Assembly (NCBI RefSeq): GCF_006546655.1
Contig: NZ_VIAQ01000007.1
Coordinates: 4,465-44,464 of the forward strand
Source: Methanolobus vulcani
GTDB lineage: Archaea; Halobacteriota; Methanosarcinia; Methanosarcinales; Methanosarcinaceae
Direction: 5' to 3'
DNA: 40,000 bases
The position numbers and the translations under genes were made by a program. Below, one piece after another: positions 34,542 to 40,000 of the stretch (position 1 is the first letter of the stretch; the number at the start of each line of letters is the position of its first letter). The notes beneath the pieces were generated by a model. The model had not been told where the DNA came from. It worked only from the letters and a program-made list of their open reading frames with translations, and searched no databases.

Positions 34542-35167
34542 ATGGTAAAAGTAAAAAGAGATAGCACTGCATTCATTATTGTGGATGCACAGAACTTTGT
34601 CCTTCATGAAAAAGGAGCTAATGCAGAATGGGAGCCTGGAAATTCGCTCAGGAAAAGGGTATTGTAAAAAGTACGGTCAAAGCCATTGAAAAAATCCGGG
34701 CAGAAGATATACCCATAATATTCGTTATTATGGAGCTACGACCTCAAATATCACAGGCTTTAAACGCAAACTTACCTGAGACAGATTTCTGGAAAACAAT
34801 AAAGGAACTGGATTTTTCAAAAATAACCCGCGAAGAAGGGGAATTCCAGATGAAGGTCATCGAAGAGTTCACACCTCGGCCTGAAGATCTCATCGTCACA
34901 AAACACCATACTATGAATAGTTTTCACGGCACAGACCTTGACAGGATACTCAGGTCCCTGCACTGTGATAACCTGCTCTTTGGAGGTGCCATTACAAACC
35001 TCTGTGTTGAAAGTACTGTAAGGGGAGCTTTTGACAGAGGGTATAATTGTATTGTCCTGAACGATTGCGTTGCTTCAGTTAGTGACGAGGCACAGAATTT
35101 TGCCATGGAGTTTGTATTTCCAAAATTTGGGAGGGTATGCAACTCAGAGGAGCTTAAGATTTTGTAA
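34542..35167 (+). pseudogene. Isochorismatase-family cysteine hydrolase interrupted by a frameshift near 34620-34635
   Basis: The N-terminal piece MVKVKRDSTAFIIVDAQNFVLHEKGANAE.. (catalytic Asp) is in one frame. The rest, ..GAWKFAQEKGIVKS...IVTKHHTMNSFHGTDLD...GGAITNLCVESTVRGAFDRGYN (Lys and Cys of the triad), is in the track ORF 34628-35167. Confidence 0.65.
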
Positions 35168-35432
35168 AGGAGACAGTCAAATAAATAAAAATACAGTTTT
35201 CATTCGTGCCATTGGGGATTTTAGGAGGAAGAAATGGGAGATAAAAAGAGTACACAAGTATCAGTACTAATAATTATTTAATTTAATGTATTAAATAATA
35301 ATGTTGGGGAAGAGGTTGGATATTTTGTTAAGTACTTTCAGTCCAGTATTATTTGAAAATAATAGCAGACTGTTTTTTAAGATACTTCACCAATCTTACC
35401 CATGATATAAGAATCAGTGGAGAGGGTTGAAT

Positions 35433-36356
35433 ATGAAATCTAAGAGCACACAATTGGCCATAGTGATTGCTGCAATGATATTGTTTAGCGTTATTTTTGT
35501 ACCAACGGCGAGCGCTACTCCAGAGGAATCTAAGGAGAAATGGACGAAAGACCATACTATAAAGAACGTTAAATTGACAAAGATTTACAAGTATGAAGAA
35601 GGGTACCTGAAAATAAATAAGATATATTCTGGTGAGGAGCTTAAGAAGAAGACAGGATTCAGTAAATTAAATGAGGAGATGGAAATTCCTCTGGAGACTG
35701 GAACTGTAATGATAAACAGTAAGGATGACAAATTGGTCGTGACTGAAAATGAATTGCTATTAACGAGCAAAAAGTCTGGAACTATCAAGTTGGAAAAAGG
35801 AAAAGAGAAAGAGTATACGACCAAAACATCGATGGTAATTACATATAAGAACGATCCATACCAATGGTGGAATGATGACTATAAATATCCTCAATGGACA
35901 TGGTCAAAGTTCTTCAGCTGGTATGTACGGGAAGACCCAATAAATCTGGCATGGGATAATTCCTGCTTAACTGAAGTTAAAAGCGAGATACCAGAATCTT
36001 GGACTGATAACCCATCTGAGTACACACATTATGTCTATGATCCTAAACTCGGCTGGAAGAAGGGCGATGGTGTGGCTACAAGTGTATATAGAATATCTGG
36101 TGGATACCATGCACGTTTATGGACAATTTCAAATGGTGCTGTGGTAGCTAATGCTCATGAGGATGATGGGGTTTTCGAATGGCCACTCGGACATCAGGCC
36201 ATTGATTACGAAGGCGCAGAAGGGATAGTTGCCGCATTTTATGATGGATGGGATTTCTTTGCTTATCCCCTTGGTTATCCTCTTGGCAATGAATATACAA
36301 ACGAATATAATGCATACAATAATGGGAATGCTACCGTGATAACTGCAGTTAAATAA
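35433..36356 (+). CDS. Secreted protein of unknown function
   Basis: It has a signal peptide (MKSKSTQLAIVIAAMILFSVIFVPTASA) and a Trp/Tyr-rich C-terminal domain (GGYHARLWTISNGAVVANAHEDDG..GHQAIDYEGAEG). Confidence 0.55.
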   Translation: MKSKSTQLAIVIAAMILFSVIFVPTASATPEESKEKWTKDHTIKNVKLTKIYKYEEGYLKINKIYSGEELKKKTGFSKLNEEMEIPLETGTVMINSKDDKLVVTENELLLTSKKSGTIKLEKGKEKEYTTKTSMVITYKNDPYQWWNDDYKYPQWTWSKFFSWYVREDPINLAWDNSCLTEVKSEIPESWTDNPSEYTHYVYDPKLGWKKGDGVATSVYRISGGYHARLWTISNGAVVANAHEDDGVFEWPLGHQAIDYEGAEGIVAAFYDGWDFFAYPLGYPLGNEYTNEYNAYNNGNATVITAVK

Positions 36357-36394
36357 GGTGGTTCCAGCCACCTTTCTTATCTTTTAGGAGTTTA

Positions 36395-36850
36395 ATGGAC
36401 AAAAATAAATCAATTCTCTCAGCAGCAATTGTGGTTTTGCTTCCATTATTGCCTGCATTGATAGATGTAGGATACAAACTGTATTTACCCATCATGGAAG
36501 ATGTTATATTGCATATACTTATGACTATCATAGTCTTTGGTGTGCCGGAAGCAGTCATAATATATTACGGATACACCACAGGAGATAATATCACCTCCAC
36601 ACTATCAGGTGTCTTTTTAATTCCCCTTTACATCTTCTATTCAGAGATTCTTCTGGAACTGTCAGACCCAGATTTCATAATGGCAGGTTTAGGTCACTGG
36701 CTACGAATTATCACCATTATTGATCTCGTAATTCCAGCTCTAATCTGTGGAGTAATGGGTTATTGTGCATCAAAAAGGACAAGAGCATCTCTTTTAGTAT
36801 CAATCTTTTCCGGAACATTCCTTATTCTCATATTTGTTCTCATTAATTGA
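36395..36850 (+). CDS. Integral membrane protein of unknown function
   Basis: 151 aa with four to five hydrophobic helices. Confidence 0.5.
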   Translation: MDKNKSILSAAIVVLLPLLPALIDVGYKLYLPIMEDVILHILMTIIVFGVPEAVIIYYGYTTGDNITSTLSGVFLIPLYIFYSEILLELSDPDFIMAGLGHWLRIITIIDLVIPALICGVMGYCASKRTRASLLVSIFSGTFLILIFVLIN

Positions 36851-36971
36851 TTGATGTAGTAAATATTTAGGTTACACTGCTTCTTTTATAATTGGTGTTT
36901 CAGACTGGATTCAGTATTCTTATATACCTTAAAGTTCCACGTTTTATAGATGGAAATATTGGGGTGGTCGT

Positions 36972-37505
36972 ATGAAGAAAATCCTATTCATGATATTGGT
37001 TTGTTCTTTGCTTATCAGTGGGTGCACTGAGTCTGACAATGTCCAAAAAGTAGAGGCTGGAGACTTTGTTTCTGTGAATTATACAGGAACTCTAAATGAT
37101 GGGACCGTATTTGACACTTCCATAAAGGAAGTTGCAATAGAAGAAGGTATTTACAATTCTGCCAGGAACTATGAACCTCTGTCTTTTATAGCCGGAACTG
37201 GACAAAGGATTAAAGGTTTTGATGATGCAGTTATTGATATGGAAGTTGGTGATGTTAAAACGGTTGTTATCCCTCCGGAGGATGCATATGGTGCATATTG
37301 TCCAGAGCTTCTGATATCTGTGCCTGTTGAGGAATTCCAATCAGCAAACATTACTCCAATCATTGGCCAGAAAGTAACATCACAAAATCAAGTGGGTGTT
37401 ATTGTGAACATCACTGAACAAAATGTAACCATTGATTGTAATACCAGGCTGGCAGGTGAGACACTGACATTTACAATAGAAATGGTATCAATAGAGAAAG
37501 CCTGA
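36972..37505 (+). CDS. FKBP-type peptidyl-prolyl cis-trans isomerase with a lipoprotein-like signal
   Basis: MKKILFMILVCSLLISGCTES, then GDFVSVNYTGTLNDGTVFDTS...GTGQRIKGFDDAVIDMEVGDVKTVVIPPEDAYG. Confidence 0.85.
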   Translation: MKKILFMILVCSLLISGCTESDNVQKVEAGDFVSVNYTGTLNDGTVFDTSIKEVAIEEGIYNSARNYEPLSFIAGTGQRIKGFDDAVIDMEVGDVKTVVIPPEDAYGAYCPELLISVPVEEFQSANITPIIGQKVTSQNQVGVIVNITEQNVTIDCNTRLAGETLTFTIEMVSIEKA

Positions 37506-37932
37506 TGATATGGCTTTAGGTGGATATGGCGCATTATATGAAATAAAATGAAGCGTGCTTATCAAACCGGATTTTCCAGCCAATCTTCCCGCTATTGCCT
37601 GCATTCCTGCCTTCAGCATATGCTTCCTAAAAGACTGTAGCTATCATTGCAGCACATATCCATGCAAATATCAGATTAAAAACATTCACAGTAGTAATCA
37701 TTTTTTATTGCACATATTTGATTTGGCAGAGAAAACGGCAATCAATTATCATGATGATTAAAAAACCATAGGTTGAAACAATCCAAGTTTTAACAATTAT
37801 TCAGGCGTTAAATTTATTATTAATCTGGACAACTAGCAATCGTTATAAGAAGATGTCAATTTTTTGATACACATAAACACTCCTTGTGTTAAACTTTCTT
37901 ATTAATTCATTTCACATGCACAAGGTGAGAAT

Positions 37933-38403
37933 TTGATACAAAATAAAAAAGAGAATCTAATCCATACATTCATGTATGTTTGTTTTATGGCCTTTGTAAT
38001 GACAGGATACAACATAACAGTCCATCAGGGATTTTCTGCAGATATAATAAAAGTGACCTGGTTGAGTTTTCCTCCTACTTTTATAGTGGCATTTACACTT
38101 GAATATTTTATTGTAGGAAAGCATGGAATGAAATTGGTATTTAGGTTACACAAACACCATCACACCCCTTTTCAGAAAAGAGCTATAACGGCATTGGTTT
38201 TTGTTGCTGGAATGGCAACTTTAATGTCATTATGTTTTTCAATATCGGCAGTTGGATTTTCAAAAGAATTACCGTTAACATGGTGTTCTAATCTTGCTAT
38301 AAATGCTGTATTTGCATATCCTTTGATAGTATTTGTGGCAGGCCCACTTGTAGGCTTTGTATTTAGGAAAATCTTCCCGGAAGGTTCTATTGTTGATCTG
38401 TGA
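37933..38403 (+). CDS. Small membrane protein, four predicted helices; start uncertain (TTG at 37933 or ATG at 37972)
   Basis: 156-aa ORF made of two similar halves, each with two hydrophobic helices. Confidence 0.45.
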   Translation: MIQNKKENLIHTFMYVCFMAFVMTGYNITVHQGFSADIIKVTWLSFPPTFIVAFTLEYFIVGKHGMKLVFRLHKHHHTPFQKRAITALVFVAGMATLMSLCFSISAVGFSKELPLTWCSNLAINAVFAYPLIVFVAGPLVGFVFRKIFPEGSIVDL

Positions 38404-38852
38404 GATGCCGGTAATAAAAGTCTTCTGAAGATTTAAACAAGTCATGTTGTTGTATATGTACAAACATCCGATGTACAATATTTACATTCCCCATCAGATG
38501 CAAAAGATCCAGCCATAAGACGAATGGTAAAATCGCAAGCAAACAACGCTATAAATATCATGATTGCGGGTACAATTATTCAGTGAATTTTCCTGAATTT
38601 TTATAGTAATTTTAGATAGAAAAACGTTTTCATTAGGCTGAATTTCCATCAATCGAAGTAAAATACACTATGTTAGGGGAATAATGGTTTAATCGTCTTT
38701 TTCAATTGAATACATATTTTAGAATTAGTTTGCGTATAATATAAATATGTTCCAACTGATATGCATTGTATAAAATATATCATCTTAAAAAGTCTATTGC
38801 CATTTTATTGAAAATATTGTTAATTATAAAATAGTAAAATTCACCATACGGT

Positions 38853-39584
38853 ATGAAAAATAATGTATTGCAGGGGGTTGAGAGGATACTTTTCACGGTC
38901 AGCGAATTTGAAGCTTATGAGATTTCTAAAAAAATATATCATTATATATGCGAGTATTTTATTGATAAAGATATTAGAGTGTTTTTCAAAAAATATAGAA
39001 AAGAAAATCTATTGTTTCTTATTCCACCTGAAGACATTGATCCAAAAAGAAGTGGAACAACTAATAAGGATTTCCAGGGGCTGTTGACATTTCAATCTTT
39101 TTGCCACAAGTATAAAATTGATACCGAAAAAGCAATGGCAAATTATGTTTCAGAAACAGATTGTGAAAAAAATATACTATCATTAGCAGGTCCTATACCA
39201 AATGAGAAGAGTCGTTTTTTCTTTGAATTTGATGAAATTAAATATTGTTTTGGAGGGGAAAGAGGTTATTCAATAATATCTAAAAATGATAATGAAGAAT
39301 TGTATACAAGTGAAATAATAAACGATGAAATCAAAGTGGATTATGGAATTATCACAAGAATGAAAAATCCATATTGCAAAGAAAACGATGTAATTATAGT
39401 AGCTGGTTGTTTAGGACCTGGAACACAAGCAGCAATTGAATCGTTAACTAAAATTAATAAAGTAAAGGTTTTGAACGAACAAAAGGAATATTACTTTCAA
39501 GTAATTGTAAAATGTAAGGTCGATTCAAGTTTGCGTATAAGCGAATCCGAAATAATGACGGATACTTTTACAAAACTATATTGA
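38853..39584 (+). CDS. Orphan cytoplasmic protein with a C-terminal Rossmann-like Gly-rich segment
   Basis: 243-aa ORF. DYGIITRMKNPYCKENDVIIVAGCLGPGTQAAIESL has a beta-strand, Gly-rich loop and helix. It is surrounded by ~400-bp AT-rich non-coding DNA on both sides. Confidence 0.45.
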   Translation: MKNNVLQGVERILFTVSEFEAYEISKKIYHYICEYFIDKDIRVFFKKYRKENLLFLIPPEDIDPKRSGTTNKDFQGLLTFQSFCHKYKIDTEKAMANYVSETDCEKNILSLAGPIPNEKSRFFFEFDEIKYCFGGERGYSIISKNDNEELYTSEIINDEIKVDYGIITRMKNPYCKENDVIIVAGCLGPGTQAAIESLTKINKVKVLNEQKEYYFQVIVKCKVDSSLRISESEIMTDTFTKLY

Positions 39585-40000
39585 TTCATAATAAACATAT
39601 TCTGAAATGATTGCATTTGTAAGGATGTTACATCTGTATTGATGGTGTGGATGTGTGTGTTGAAGATGCTTAAATTTTCACGCAAGAAGCCCATGATACA
39701 TATCTAGTTTTCAAAGAAGATAGTGCTGCCACGTTCTGAAATTAAAGACTTTGCAGTAAAAGCTAAACGTAAGGAACCATCTAGTATGGCATTATCTAGA
39801 TTTCTTTTTACTTTTATTTCATAAAGGTTATTTAATTAAAATCACAAATTAGATTCATTCTTTTTATTATTTGCTGGTTAAAACAAGTTTTTTTTATTTA
39901 AAAACCTCTATTTTTCAGCTTTATTTTGATAAATGTTAAATTTAATGATTTTATTTGCATAAATCAATTAATAATACTTCTATCTTTAATTAATCAGTTT

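Noticed and set aside
34620-34635. Programmed ribosomal frameshift in the isochorismatase gene
   Set aside because: No slippery heptamer or downstream structure was evident. A mutation or a sequencing error is the simpler explanation.
37627-37701. 24-aa hydrophobic mini-ORF on the minus strand (MITTVNVFNLIFAWICAAMIATVF)
   Set aside because: It is too short to support from sequence alone, and no obvious ribosome-binding or promoter context was seen. ORF 37555-37761(+) on the other strand is equally unsupported.
39497-39694. ORF 39497-39694(-)
   Set aside because: It overlaps the 3' end of the 243-aa ORF and extends into AT-rich spacer. The translation has no features.

Overview
The window looks like a methylotrophic methanogen chromosome of the Methanosarcinaceae type. 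This is inferred from an MtaA/MtbA-type methylcobamide:CoM methyltransferase, a corrinoid-protein fragment, a TRAM-domain protein, TTTATATA-type promoters and a class II tRNA with no encoded CCA.

Positions 1-16.3 kb hold ordinary host genes: a U32 peptidase, an Rsm22-like methyltransferase, Maf, MtaA/MtbA, a RimK-type ligase, DJ-1/PfpI, an MBL hydrolase and two tandem paralogous chemoreceptor genes. This stretch also contains an IS200/IS605 element (about 13.68-15.40 kb) with a decayed tnpA and an intact tnpB.

The main feature starts at tRNA-Leu(UAA) (16317-16400). A 12.6-kb casposon (16411-29022) sits on the 3' end of that tRNA. It has perfect 30-bp terminal inverted repeats and a 14-15-bp target-site duplication. 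It encodes a Cas1 casposase with a C-terminal HTH, a protein-primed-type family B DNA polymerase, an HNH nuclease, RHH/wHTH regulators and unusual cargo. The cargo includes a 1207-aa TPR / GreA-B C-terminal-like / PIN protein, an orphan BglII-like nuclease and a Gly-zipper protein.

Immediately after the right duplication a second casposon terminus begins (29037). It opens a rearranged remnant in opposite orientation that carries a CoiA-like nuclease, a SAP/PD-(D/E)xK protein and a 5'-truncated Cas1. That Cas1 abuts a third Cas1 3' fragment (32341-32460). An inverted terminus-plus-attachment-site junction lies at 33915-33938. No CRISPR array and no cas2 are present.

Positions 32.6-40 kb are a gene-poor, AT-rich stretch. 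It contains a TRAM gene, a decayed HEAT-repeat gene, a strongly structured non-coding segment, a frameshifted isochorismatase, an FKBP isomerase and several orphan membrane or secreted proteins.

All calls rest on reading the sequence and on remembered motifs. No database search was run.
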